Source of the DNA: Candidatus Marinacidobacterales bacterium
Lineage (GTDB): Bacteria > Acidobacteriota > Vicinamibacteria > Marinacidobacterales > SMYC01
Direction: 5' to 3'
Assembly (NCBI GenBank): GCA_965237955.1
Contig: OZ250169.1
Span: 3,360,001-3,424,000 of the forward strand
Length of the DNA: 64,000 nt
The position numbers were made by a program, and so were the translations under genes. A model generated the notes under the pieces. That model ran no database searches. It saw only the letters and a program-made list of their open reading frames with translations, and was not told where the DNA came from. Positions 39,112 to 48,824 of this stretch are shown here, piece by piece; position 1 is the first letter of the stretch, and every line of letters starts with the position of its first letter.

Positions 39112-41337
39112 ATGTCGACGCCACTGCCCCCGACAAGAATTGTTAAGAATGTCCCATCCCAGCGCGTCATTCTCGATGCGTTGCGTCGAAGCGTATCTCC
39201 ACCGCCCGTCTCGCTGACGTATCGGCTCGGGCTTCTCGTTGCCGGGTGGACGATGGTCCTCCTGCCGCTTCTCTACCTCGGCCTCGTCGCACTACCCGTG
39301 TACGGCGTCTATCTGCACGTCATTCATAATCGCGGGCTCGCCGGTAGTGGAATCTTCGCGTCGATCCTCTATTTTTCCGTCGTCCCCATCGGGGGCATCA
39401 TCGTCTTTTTTCTGATCAAGCCCGTCTTCGCCGAGGCCTCCAGGCGCCAACACGCTCATCAACTCGACCGACGCGACCAACGGTTTCTCTTCGCCTACAT
39501 CGAAACGCTCTGCCGGACGCTCAAGGCGCCAGCGCCGGCGCACATCGAAGTCGACGTCCTCATCAACGCGTCCGCGGGGCTTCATCTGGACATGGTCACC
39601 CGCACCCGTCATGGTGCCGTGCTGACGATAGGGTTGCCGCTGGTGTCGGGGATGAGCCTGCGCGAGCTCACCGGGGTGCTTTCCCACGAGTTCGGGCACT
39701 TCCGACAGGGATCCGGGATGCGGATGAACCAGAGGATCCATTCGATCCAGACGTGGTTCGCGCGCGCCGTGTACGAACGCGACGAATGGGACGAAAGGCT
39801 CGTGGAGTGGTCCGAGGACGAGTCCTGGTTCGCGCTCATTGCTCAGCTCGGCCGGCTGGGCGTCTGGCTTTCGCGGCAGTTCCTGTGGGTTCTCATGGTG
39901 CTTGGCAACATTATTAGCGCTCTATTCGTTCGACAGATGGAGCACGACGCCGACCGCTATGAAGTCTTGATCTCCGGGAGTGACGTTTTCGAGAAAACGG
40001 CGATGCGGCTTCGCGTCCTCTCGGTCGCGAGCGATGTCACCTATGGGGAGCTCGCGGAGACGTATCAAGAGGGCCGGTTGGGGAACAACTTGCCAAAGCT
40101 CATCGCATCCAAAGCCGACTCGTTCACCGACGAAGAGAGCAAGACGATTCGCGATGCAGTCTTGTCACAGAGCACGGGCCTGTTCGACTCACACCCCTCG
40201 GATAGCGAGCGCAACCGGAGGGCGCGCGAGGCTTCTGAGGCCGGTATCTTTCGACTCGATGTCCCGGCGAGCGTGCTGTTCGACGACTTCGACGAGCTTT
40301 GTCGTCGGGTCACGCTCGGCTTTTATCGCCGCCAGCTCGGCGAGATCCCCTCCGCGAGCCTTGTCTCCACCGAGGACTTTCGCGGCACGCAGGACGAAGA
40401 GCGCTTGGGTCAGGAGGCGCTCGCGCGCTACGTCCAAGGCCTTTTGAGCTCGAGCCGCATGCTTCGGCTCGAGATGCCGGATCTGTCGATGGCGCGTCGA
40501 CCGAAAGAATCCCTCATGGCACTTATGACCGCGCGGATGCAGTTCGAGGAGATGCTGCCGGAGGCGAAGACCGCATACGCGCAACTAGGCCGCGCCTTCG
40601 AGTTGCAGGAGAACGTATGGCTTGCACGGTGTCTTCTGAGTGCAGGCATTCTTCCCGACGCACGATCGTTTCGCTTGCCTAGCGGCGATCGCCGGGGTGT
40701 CGAGCGTCTCGAAGAGAGAGCGGCATCGATCGTGACTGCGCGGCTTCCATTCGTCGAAGCGTGGGAGAAGAACTTGCGCCGGCGTATGGCGGCCGCCTTG
40801 GAATGTTTGCACCACCCCGAGCTCTTCGCGGAGGGCGAAGAGCACGATGCTATGGTTGCGCATTGTCAGGAGCTTGCAACGGCCCAGCGCGAGCCCCAAA
40901 AAAATCTCGATGATGTTCTCGAGCTCCGAAGGCACCTCGGTGCGCTCGAGCTTCTCGGCGCCCAGCTTTCGGACGAGAATCATCAAGAGCTGATCGACCA
41001 GCTCGGGCTCATGCAGAACCAGGCGCACGAGCACCTCATAGCATCACGCGACGGGCTCATCTACGCCCGCCACCCGTTCGCCGGCGGTGACGAAGAGATC
41101 ACGATCGGCATGTATCTCATCGAGAGACTTCCGGAGCGACGTCTCGCACTGGGCCGAGCGCTGTTTGAAGTGGACGCGCAGCTGATGACGGAGGTCTACG
41201 AAGCCGGGCAGATCGTCGGCGAGCGATACTACTCGCTCTATCTTCGCGTGCTCGGCGCGCTCGCAGCCATCGCCGAGAAAGTCGAGTCGAAAGCGGGCCT
41301 TCCTCCTCTACCCAAGGTCGAGCCGACAGAGGACTAG
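39112..41337 (+). CDS. M48 family membrane metallopeptidase
   Basis: TM helices, LTIGLPL, HEFGH, RQMEHDAD, SHPSDSER. Confidence 0.88.
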   Translation: MSTPLPPTRIVKNVPSQRVILDALRRSVSPPPVSLTYRLGLLVAGWTMVLLPLLYLGLVALPVYGVYLHVIHNRGLAGSGIFASILYFSVVPIGGIIVFFLIKPVFAEASRRQHAHQLDRRDQRFLFAYIETLCRTLKAPAPAHIEVDVLINASAGLHLDMVTRTRHGAVLTIGLPLVSGMSLRELTGVLSHEFGHFRQGSGMRMNQRIHSIQTWFARAVYERDEWDERLVEWSEDESWFALIAQLGRLGVWLSRQFLWVLMVLGNIISALFVRQMEHDADRYEVLISGSDVFEKTAMRLRVLSVASDVTYGELAETYQEGRLGNNLPKLIASKADSFTDEESKTIRDAVLSQSTGLFDSHPSDSERNRRAREASEAGIFRLDVPASVLFDDFDELCRRVTLGFYRRQLGEIPSASLVSTEDFRGTQDEERLGQEALARYVQGLLSSSRMLRLEMPDLSMARRPKESLMALMTARMQFEEMLPEAKTAYAQLGRAFELQENVWLARCLLSAGILPDARSFRLPSGDRRGVERLEERAASIVTARLPFVEAWEKNLRRRMAAALECLHHPELFAEGEEHDAMVAHCQELATAQREPQKNLDDVLELRRHLGALELLGAQLSDENHQELIDQLGLMQNQAHEHLIASRDGLIYARHPFAGGDEEITIGMYLIERLPERRLALGRALFEVDAQLMTEVYEAGQIVGERYYSLYLRVLGALAAIAEKVESKAGLPPLPKVEPTED

Positions 41338-41342
41338 CGCCG

Positions 41343-41432
41343 TCTATCCCTCCAGAGCTTGTACAAGATCCGCGAGCAGATCGTCCGCGTGCTCAAGTCC
41401 AACCGAAAGACGCAGCAGCTTGGGAGGCGCCG
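41343..41432 (-). pseudogene. Cys/Met metabolism PLP-dependent enzyme (MetB/MetC-like), C-terminal remnant
   Basis: PPKLLRLSVGLEHADDLLADLVQALEG-stop. Confidence 0.75.
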
Positions 41433-41519
41433 CTCTTGACAGCGATCGTTTCGAACTTCATAGAGGGAATTCTAGCGCGCTACCGCGCTGCTTCCGGATT
41501 GCATGAGAACAAAAAGATC

Positions 41520-41624
41520 AACGCAAAGACGCGGAGGCGCAAGGACGCAAAGAGAGATCGGTCGTGACCTGTAGCCAGCGTCTTGGTGAAAATCAGTGCT
41601 TTGCGCCTTCGCGCCTTTGCGTTT
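41520..41624. repeat. Inverted octamer tandem arrays (RCGCRRRG x4 ... complementary units x3)
   Basis: acgcaaag acgcggag gcgcaagg acgcaaag ... ctttgcgc cttcgcgc ctttgcgt. Confidence 0.8.
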
Positions 41625-41653
41625 GTTTTTCTAGGGGAGCGTTTGCGGAATCT

Positions 41654-42362
41654 ACGACTAATCCACGATCCGTTCGACTTCGCGGACGCGATCGCGATCG
41701 ATCTCGCCGTCTTCCCAATGTTCGAGGAACCGCTCGAAGCTCTCCTCGGCGTCGTCGTCGCCTCGCTGCTCGTTGAGTTTGCCGAGAAAATGGAAGCTTC
41801 TCACGTAGCGCACTGGCTCGAAGAGCCGTTCTTCCGTCGAACCGACGATGCGCTCGCACCACCGTATCGCTTCGCCGCGGTCTCCGGCGTCGCGATGGGC
41901 AGTGGCGAGTGAGTACCAGATAGATGAGCTTGGGGTAGCCGTCGCTCGTGAGCATGACGTTTCCGGGCTTCAAGTCCCGGTGCACGATCCCGTGCTCGTG
42001 AGCGTAGCTAAGCGCTTGCGCGATTCCGGAAGCAAGCTCGAGCGCTTAGCTCGCAGGGAGCGGTTCGCGCGCCATGCGTTCGGCGAGGCTTCCCCAGCGG
42101 AGAAGCTCCATCGCGATAAAGAGGACGCCGTCGGCTTCGTTGATCTCATGGATGACGCCGATGTGAGGATGCTCGAGGGAAGCGGCGGCGGTGGCTTCCT
42201 GCACGAATCGCTGACGGCGCTCGGGCTCTTGGACGAGATTCGCAGGCAGGATTTTCAGCGCTACCTCGCGGTTGAGCTTCTCGTCGCCGGCGCGGTAGAC
42301 GATCTGCAGCTCGCCCCGACTGAGCTCTTCGAGCACCGTGCAGTGCGAAAGGGTTTCCCCAT
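41654..42362 (-). pseudogene. Ser/Thr protein kinase-TPR remnant (kinase N-half fused to C-terminal TPR by deletion)
   Basis: VYRA.D.KLNREVALKIL..RFVQEA..HPHI..IAME, an internal stop, [14 protein letters not shown], then a TPR-like tail. Confidence 0.85.
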
Positions 42363-42459
42363 CATTGTATCGACACAATTCCCCTTGATTGGGACTACGG
42401 TGCGGGCTCGAGGATGTTCCGTCGCTTCCGGCAGGGGGGGACCGGGGGAGGCGTAGTCG

Positions 42460-42547
42460 TGGTGCCGGAGGAGGGACTCGAACCCTCACAGCCGCGAGGA
42501 CCGCGGGATTTTGAATCCCGTGCGTCTACCAGTTCCGCCACTCCGGC
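42460..42547 (-). tRNA. tRNA-Leu (CAA)
   Basis: GCCGGAG..GGTAGACGC..CGGGA-TTCAAAA-TCCCG, long variable arm, GGTTCGAGTCC, CCA end. Confidence 0.96.
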
Positions 42548-42843
42548 AGGATGGCACTCATCGCCGATGCGAGGAACGCAGTCTAACAGATGCGCTCGAG
42601 CTGCCCAAGCCTCGCTTTAAACTATTGAAACAAAGCTGGTTGCCGCAGTGCTGTGTCCGGATGCGTCGCCTGCGATTTTGGGTGCGGTCGAGGACCTACA
42701 CTCGGGGGCCATCTTTAATAAGGGGCGCCTCAAATGAATTCGCATCTCGTTAGGTCTTGTGCCTATATTGGCTAATATACAGTTAATTGACGGGGCTTGG
42801 CATCGAAACGATCCCCCCCAACTCTCCTAAACGCATTATTTAG

Positions 42844-42873
42844 TAGACTTTGGACGGGGGCTTATGTTACAAT
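42844..42873 (+). promoter_or_regulatory. Putative sigma70 promoter of carD
   Basis: TAGACT-18-TACAAT with extended -10 TG, in an AT-rich intergenic region. Confidence 0.55.
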
Positions 42874-42906
42874 TCAGGCCGCATTTTATTAGAAAGCGAG
42901 GTGTGA

Positions 42907-43581
42907 ATGGCCTTTCAAATAGGGGATAAAGTCGTTTATCCCAATCATGGCATTGGAGTTGTTGAGGATATCCAGTCTGACAAGATGGAAGAGATTCCTT
43001 CGGACTTCTATAAACTCCGAATCCTAGCGAACTCCACCGTCGTGAAAGTCCCGATCGAAAACGTCGACGGCGTCGGCTTGCGTCGCGTGATCTCGACTAG
43101 AGACGTCGATCGAATCTTCGACCTTCTCGAAAATAGAAAAATCGAGACCCATTCAAACTGGAAGGGACGTTACAAGGACAATTCGGACAAAATGCGCAGC
43201 GGCTCGATTTATGACGTAGCCGGTGTACTCAAAGACCTCTCTTTCTTAAGCAAGAAGAAGAGCCTTTCGTTCCGAGAAAAAAGAATGCTCGATCGAGCGC
43301 GCTTCCTCGTCGTCAGCGAGGTAGCCGAGGTTGCCGATGAGCCCCAGGACCTCGTGGAGCAGAAGATCGACATAGCCCTCTCTCGAGGGATGGAAGCGAA
43401 GAAGAAAGGCCGTACCAGCCTCAAGACGCTTTTGAAGAGAACGACCATGGCTGCCATGGCAGAGAATGGCCGTAGCGAAGGCGTGGCTCCCAAGCCGCAG
43501 CCTCGCGCCTCGACGAGAGTCAAGAGCGGGAAAAGCCGCAAGAAGCCGATCTCGATCTCGATCAATCGCTACTGCTGCTAA
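42907..43581 (+). CDS. carD: CarD family transcriptional regulator with basic C-terminal tail
   Basis: FQIGDKVVYPNHGIG..VGLR..NWKGRY..LSFREKRML. Confidence 0.92.
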   Translation: MAFQIGDKVVYPNHGIGVVEDIQSDKMEEIPSDFYKLRILANSTVVKVPIENVDGVGLRRVISTRDVDRIFDLLENRKIETHSNWKGRYKDNSDKMRSGSIYDVAGVLKDLSFLSKKKSLSFREKRMLDRARFLVVSEVAEVADEPQDLVEQKIDIALSRGMEAKKKGRTSLKTLLKRTTMAAMAENGRSEGVAPKPQPRASTRVKSGKSRKKPISISINRYCC

Positions 43582-43608
43582 GAGCCTACGCTCGTTCTGA
43601 TACTATCG

Positions 43609-43647
43609 AAGCCCCTTCAGCCTTCGGGCTGGAGGGGCTTTGTTTTT
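43609..43647 (+). terminator. Intrinsic terminator
   Basis: aagccccttcagcc-ttcg-ggctggaggggctt followed by tgttttt. Confidence 0.85.
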
Positions 43648-44367
43648 ATGCTAACCAGCGCCGTGCTCGCGATCGTGCTTCCGCTCTACACGTTCACCGT
43701 GGGCCTCGTCGGCATCCCCTATACGCTCGTCACCGGCGATTCCCGGCCGCTCTACTGGCTCGGGCGTCTCGGCGTCCGCATCGGCTTCGCCTTGGCGCGG
43801 ATCCGCATCGTGCTCCACGGGCGCGACAAGCTTCCCGAAAAGCCCCACTTCATCTACATGATGAACCACAACTCGAATCTCGATGCGCCTGCCGTCTTCG
43901 TCCACCTTCCCGGGGAGGTGCGCTTTCTCGTCAAGCAGGAGCTCTTCAAACTGCCGGTGCTCGCCACCGCCATGCGGCTCGGTGGGTTCGTTCCCGTCGA
44001 CCGCAGCAATCGAGAAAGTGCGATCGCGAGCGTCCGGAATGCTGCGCGGCTCGCGGCCGAGGGCGCATCGTTCCTCATCGCGCCCGAAGGGACGAGAAGT
44101 CGAACCGGAAAGCTCTTGAACTTCAAAAAGGGCGGCTTGCACATGGCGATCGAGTCCAAGGTGCCTGTCTTGCCGATCACGGTCATGGGCGCATACGAGC
44201 TCATGCCGCCGGAGAGCCTCGCCATCCGCTCCGGGACCATCGAGATCTACTTCCATGAGCCCATCGAGACCAAAGAGCTCGGTCCGTCGGGTCGCTCCGA
44301 GCTCATGAAGCGGGTGCGTGCGCCGATGGAAGAAACGCTGGCCCGCTATGGATATGGCGAGACTTGA
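43648..44367 (+). CDS. plsC: 1-acyl-sn-glycerol-3-phosphate acyltransferase
   Basis: NHNSNLD, FVPVDR, PEGTRS, FKKG. Confidence 0.9.
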   Translation: MLTSAVLAIVLPLYTFTVGLVGIPYTLVTGDSRPLYWLGRLGVRIGFALARIRIVLHGRDKLPEKPHFIYMMNHNSNLDAPAVFVHLPGEVRFLVKQELFKLPVLATAMRLGGFVPVDRSNRESAIASVRNAARLAAEGASFLIAPEGTRSRTGKLLNFKKGGLHMAIESKVPVLPITVMGAYELMPPESLAIRSGTIEIYFHEPIETKELGPSGRSELMKRVRAPMEETLARYGYGET

Positions 44368-44448
44368 CGCCCGGTCCACGCGCCCAGACAATAGATTCCA
44401 ATAGTTTCCAATAGTTTCTAATCTCCGAATACAGGTATTCGCAGAGAA

Positions 44449-45264
44449 ATGTCAAGGTCGAAGGCAATTCCTCTCGAAGGGCAGGTCGGCTCTTCACTGA
44501 ATCACTTGGATATGCCGGAGCTTTTGTTTGCGGTGTGTGGCACGGGCAAAACTGGGCGGCTCGTGCTGCACGCGGGCGACGTCGAGAAAAGCGTCTTCCT
44601 CTCCGACGGGCAAGTTGTCTTCGCCGCGTCGTCTTCGCCGGACGATCGACTGGGTGCGTACATGTTGCAACGGAACGAGCTCGCGCTCGACGACCTCAGG
44701 CGTTTGAGCCCTCAAGTTCGTCCGGGCGTTCGTCTCGGCACGCTCCTCGTCCAGCACGGGCTCGTTCCCTCGAGCGATCTCGCCCGGGCGGTGGGCGGCC
44801 ATATCAAAGCCATTGTTCTGAGCCTTTTCGGGTGGACGCACGCCGCCTACTCTTTTCTGGAAGAGCCATCCGGGCCAGGGCGATCCATGAAAGACGAGGC
44901 CATTCGCCTCACGATTCCGACGGCACGCCTGATTGTGGACGGCATCGACCGTGTCCCGAGCTGGGAGCGGATCGTGAGGGGGCTCGGCTCGCTCGACGAG
45001 CGCTTCAGTATCCTGGGCGGCAACGTGGAATCGATGCGTTTGGCGGATCTCGATACCCCGAGCCTCGAGCTTCTCGCCATGTTGCGCCATCCCAAGAGCA
45101 TCAAGGAGCTCTGTGAGGCCAGCGATATGCCGGATATTGCCGTTTGTCGGAAGCTGTGGGCGTTTCAGGTGCTGGATTGGGTGCGTCCCGCCGATGAAAC
45201 CTCCGATCTCGACCTGGACCTCGAAGGCCTCGGCATGATTTTCGGCAATGACGCTCAGGATTGA
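44449..45264 (+). CDS. DUF4388 domain protein
   Basis: GKTGRL..G.VVFAAS..DRLG..RLGTLLV..LFGW..YSF. Confidence 0.8.
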   Translation: MSRSKAIPLEGQVGSSLNHLDMPELLFAVCGTGKTGRLVLHAGDVEKSVFLSDGQVVFAASSSPDDRLGAYMLQRNELALDDLRRLSPQVRPGVRLGTLLVQHGLVPSSDLARAVGGHIKAIVLSLFGWTHAAYSFLEEPSGPGRSMKDEAIRLTIPTARLIVDGIDRVPSWERIVRGLGSLDERFSILGGNVESMRLADLDTPSLELLAMLRHPKSIKELCEASDMPDIAVCRKLWAFQVLDWVRPADETSDLDLDLEGLGMIFGNDAQD

Positions 45265-45302
45265 GTAAGGTGTTGAAGGTCAACAGCATAGCCGGGTGTG
45301 CT

Positions 45303-45332
45303 TTGACACCTTGTATTGCGGGCTGCTAGCAT
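45303..45332 (+). promoter_or_regulatory. Putative sigma70 promoter
   Basis: TTGACA-18-TAGCAT upstream of the EAL gene. Confidence 0.55.
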
Positions 45333-45386
45333 AGATCCTAGAAAATTCCGTCGCGCATTCTGTAGCCGCGCGGGGTCGAGTCCGTT

Positions 45387-46703
45387 TTGAAAGAGACACA
45401 AGTAGCTGCCGAGCGTGTGAGTGCCCCTGCTCCCGCGGCTGTCGAGAACGGGCATCATCCCGATACCTACCGCGAGCATCACGAAGAGCTGAAAAAGCGC
45501 CTGGCCAACGACGGGTTCTTGGGACTGTTGTTGATCGATGTCTCCGAGATCAACGAGGTCGAGCGCACCTACGGCTCCAGCAAGTACGAAGACTTGATGG
45601 AGATGGTGCGCAAGGTGGTCGCCGAGTTCAAAGGCGATCAGCTGCGGCACAACGACATCGTCACCCTGAACGAAAAAGCCGGCGACGTGTTTCTCATTTT
45701 TCTAGCGCCACGGAAGGAGTCTCAGCACCTCCTGGCGGAGGACATCGAGAAAATCGGCGAGCGCGTCGATGCGGAGCTCTCGCGCCGCATCCGGCAAACC
45801 GCATTCGCGATCTTGCGGAAGCGGCCCGAGGTCTATGTGGGCACGTCGCTCGTATTGCAAAACCCCCTCATTCGGGGAGAGCGTTTGGTGACGCGCGCCA
45901 TCGAAGAAGCGCACCACGCGGCCCGTTTGAACGTGCAGCGACGCCACCTGACGAACAAGCAAAACCTTCAGCGCATCATTCTCGAAAAACAGATCACGAC
46001 GGTGTTCCAGCCGATTTGGGATCTGGACAAACGCATCCCGCACGGTTTCGAGGCGTTGTGCCGCGGGCCGTCCGGGACCGAGCTCAGGAGCCCGGCGGCG
46101 TTGTTCGACATCGCGCGCAAGTCGAACTTGTTGTTCGAGCTCGACCATCTGTGCCGGCGCCAGGCGCTCGAGGCGGCCGGCGCCCGCGCGCAGCTTTCCA
46201 AAGAATACAAGCTCTTCATCAATACGCTGCCGTTCTCGATTCGAGATCCCCGCTTTCAAGGGAAGGATCTCATCGACTTGTTCGACGGCATCGACCTAGA
46301 GCCCGAGCAGATCGTTCTCGAAGTGACCGAGTCCGACGCCATCGACAACTTCCCGTTGTTCGTGAACGCGATGAAGGATTTCATGGACCTCCGGTGTCTC
46401 GTCGCCATCGACGACATGGGGGCAGGGTATTCGGGACTCGACAAAATCGTGCACCTTCGCCCGCACTATGTGAAACTCGACATGGGTCTCATCCGCGATA
46501 TCCACACCAGCTTCGTCAAACAGCAGCTGGTCCAAACGTTCAAGACCCTCGCCGACAAGATCGACGCCAAGCTCATCGCCGAGGGTATCGAGAGCAAGGA
46601 AGAGTTGGAAGTGGTGCGGGGGATTGGCGTCAACTTCATCCAGGGGAACCTGCTCGCCAAGCCGTCCCAAGCCTTCCAGACTTCGTCCAGCTACGAGTTG
46701 TAG
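45387..46703 (+). CDS. Degenerate GGDEF-like + EAL c-di-GMP phosphodiesterase
   Basis: FQPI, EALCR, LFIN, LEVTE, IDDMGAGYS, VKLD, AEGIE, QG. N-domain has AGDVF. Confidence 0.9.
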   Translation: MKETQVAAERVSAPAPAAVENGHHPDTYREHHEELKKRLANDGFLGLLLIDVSEINEVERTYGSSKYEDLMEMVRKVVAEFKGDQLRHNDIVTLNEKAGDVFLIFLAPRKESQHLLAEDIEKIGERVDAELSRRIRQTAFAILRKRPEVYVGTSLVLQNPLIRGERLVTRAIEEAHHAARLNVQRRHLTNKQNLQRIILEKQITTVFQPIWDLDKRIPHGFEALCRGPSGTELRSPAALFDIARKSNLLFELDHLCRRQALEAAGARAQLSKEYKLFINTLPFSIRDPRFQGKDLIDLFDGIDLEPEQIVLEVTESDAIDNFPLFVNAMKDFMDLRCLVAIDDMGAGYSGLDKIVHLRPHYVKLDMGLIRDIHTSFVKQQLVQTFKTLADKIDAKLIAEGIESKEELEVVRGIGVNFIQGNLLAKPSQAFQTSSSYEL

Positions 46704-46714
46704 CTTTTAAGCTC

Positions 46715-46738
46715 CGCCATCGGCCGTCAGCTATCGGC
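46715..46738 (+). repeat. Solo heptamer array after the EAL stop
   Basis: cgccatc ggccgtc agctatc ggc, same unit as 48334-48364. Confidence 0.65.
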
Positions 46739-46883
46739 TTGCTATGCCTCAGTTGGACTTTCTCTTAATGTTCGTCGTACTTCAACATTTGCTTACGTTG
46801 CATTTTTTGGGCGTCATTATCGTCATTTTGTGATTGGAGTGAGGCGATTATGTTCGATTCGGTGCGTCGTGATCACATTATTG

Positions 46884-46912
46884 TTGACAGTCACACCTTC
46901 CTCATTTATGCT
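46884..46912 (+). promoter_or_regulatory. Putative sigma70 promoter of glnA
   Basis: TTGACA-17-TATGCT, then RBS aaggaaggag. Confidence 0.7.
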
Positions 46913-46941
46913 GAGGCGATATCGAAGGAAGGAGAGTTCCA

Positions 46942-48330
46942 TTGTCAACAACCATCGATTCCATCGCCGGGTACGAGCCGAAGACGAGTTGGACCAAATC
47001 CGAGATCCTGAACACGTCGAAGGAACTGGGCGTTCGCTTCCTGCGTCTCCAGTTCACCGATATCGTCGGCGTGAACAAGAACGTCGAAGTCCCGACGCAG
47101 CAGTTCGAGAAAGCGCTCGACGGGCAGATTGCTTTCGACGGGTCCTCGATCGACGGGTTCGTACGGATCGAAGAATCCGACATGATCTTGGTACCGGATC
47201 TCGATACCTTTCGAGTCCTCCCGTTTACCCAGAGTAACGACGACGGCGGCAAGCCCGACCTGGTCGCTCGTCTGATTTGCGACATCTACCATCCCGACGG
47301 CTCTCGCTTCGAAGGTTGCCCGCGCCTTGCTTTGAAGCGGATCACCGACGAGGCCAAGGCGATGGGCTACACGATGATGGCCGGCCCCGAAGCCGAGTTT
47401 TTCCTGTTTCAGCGCGGCCCGGATGGCCGTCCCACGACGGAGTCTCCCGATCGCGGTGGCTATTTCGATCTCACGCCTGTCGACCACGGTGAAGTGGCGC
47501 GCCGCGACATCGTGAACGTGCTCGAGGCCATGGGTTTCGAAGTGGAAGCAGCGCACCATGAAGTCGCACCTGCACAGCACGAGATCGATTTCCGTTACGA
47601 AGATGCCGTGACTACCGCCGACAACGTCGCCACGTTCCGCTTCGTCGTGCGTCATGTCGCGTTGCAGCACGGATTGCATGCGACGTTCATGCCCAAGCCC
47701 GTCTTCGGTATCAACGGCTCCGGCATGCACTGCCACCAGTCGTTGTTCGAAGGAAGCGAGAATGCTTTCTTCGATCCCGATGCGGAGTATCAGCTATCGC
47801 AAACCGCGCTCCACTACATCGGTGGGATTCTGCGTCATGCCCGTGGCTTTTGCGCGCTGACCAACCCGCTGGTGAACTCGTACAAGCGGCTCGTGCCCGG
47901 ATTCGAGGCGCCCACCAACGTGGCGTGGTCGATGAAAAACCGCAGCCCGCTCGTCCGCATTCCCGACAAGCGTGGCAACAGCACACGGTGCGAAGTTCGT
48001 ATGCCCGACCCGGCCGCGAACCCTTATCTCGCGCTCGCCGCGATGTTGAAAGCCGGTCTCACCGGTGTCCAAGAGCGCATCGATCCCGGCCCCCCGGTGA
48101 ACAAGAACATCTACGAGATGAGCCAACGAGAAAAGCGCCGACTCAAGATCGACGAGCTCCCAGGCACGCTTCGCGAAGCCATCGATGCACTCGAAAAAGA
48201 CAAGGTCGTGCAGTCGGCACTAACGCCGCACATCCTGACCCACTTCATCGAAGCCAAACGCGCCGAGTGGCACGACTACATCGTGCAGGTCCATGAGTGG
48301 GAAGTGAATCGTTATTTGAGTGTTTATTGA
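46942..48330 (+). CDS. glnA: Type I glutamine synthetase
   Basis: FDGSSIDGFVRIEESDM, GPEAEFF, HHEVAPAQHEI, TFMPKP..NGSGMHCHQS, NSYKRLVPG.EAP, DPAANPYL. Confidence 0.96.
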   Translation: MSTTIDSIAGYEPKTSWTKSEILNTSKELGVRFLRLQFTDIVGVNKNVEVPTQQFEKALDGQIAFDGSSIDGFVRIEESDMILVPDLDTFRVLPFTQSNDDGGKPDLVARLICDIYHPDGSRFEGCPRLALKRITDEAKAMGYTMMAGPEAEFFLFQRGPDGRPTTESPDRGGYFDLTPVDHGEVARRDIVNVLEAMGFEVEAAHHEVAPAQHEIDFRYEDAVTTADNVATFRFVVRHVALQHGLHATFMPKPVFGINGSGMHCHQSLFEGSENAFFDPDAEYQLSQTALHYIGGILRHARGFCALTNPLVNSYKRLVPGFEAPTNVAWSMKNRSPLVRIPDKRGNSTRCEVRMPDPAANPYLALAAMLKAGLTGVQERIDPGPPVNKNIYEMSQREKRRLKIDELPGTLREAIDALEKDKVVQSALTPHILTHFIEAKRAEWHDYIVQVHEWEVNRYLSVY

Positions 48331-48333
48331 TCC

Positions 48334-48824
48334 AGCCATCGGCCGTCGGCCATCAGCCATCGGCTCAGGTCAAGCCTTCGTGCTTCGTCGCCGTGCGGTG
48401 GGTTTCTCCAGCTCTGAGCGGAGTGCGTTCAGCATTCTGCCTGTTTCCGACACAGCGGCCGACAGCGGTTCGGAGTGGCCCAGGAGAAAGCCCAGGCGTC
48501 GTGCCAGCTCGAGTTGCGTCTCGACCTCCATGAGCGAGCCGTACGCGTAGCCGACGAAACGGCTGAAGTCACGGTCGGTTCGTCGACCTCTTCCCTCGGC
48601 AAGGTTCGACGGTATCGAAACAGCTGCCCGTCGGAGTTGTTGACTCAGCACGAACTTCTCCGCCGGAGGGAATTCACTCGTAGCTCGGTAGACCTGTTCG
48701 GCCAGATTCATCGCTGCGTGCCACACTCGCAAATCCTTGAAATGTCCCATACGAAGTCAAGACGATTTTTTCGTACGCCAACCTCCCTCGAAGAGAGGCC
48801 GATGGCTGATGGCCGATGGCCGAT
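48334..48824. repeat. Inverted heptamer-repeat arms enclosing the four-helix-bundle gene
   Basis: 48338-48364 atcggccgtcggccatcagccatcggc matches the reverse complement of 48798-48824 at 26/27 positions. Confidence 0.9.
48370..48750 (-). CDS. Four helix bundle protein (23S rRNA IVP / Avd-like family)
   Basis: FKDLRVW..FPPAEKFVLSQQLRRAAVSIPSNLAEG.GR..AYGSLMEVETQL. Confidence 0.92.
   Translation of the reverse strand: MGHFKDLRVWHAAMNLAEQVYRATSEFPPAEKFVLSQQLRRAAVSIPSNLAEGRGRRTDRDFSRFVGYAYGSLMEVETQLELARRLGFLLGHSEPLSAAVSETGRMLNALRSELEKPTARRRSTKA

Noticed and set aside
42460-42547. tRNA-Leu as integration site of an island
   Set aside because: No adjacent integrase and no duplicated tRNA 3' end was found in the window.
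48370-48750. Diversity-generating retroelement (Avd-like gene)
   Set aside because: No reverse transcriptase and no TR/VR pair differing at adenines was seen in the window.
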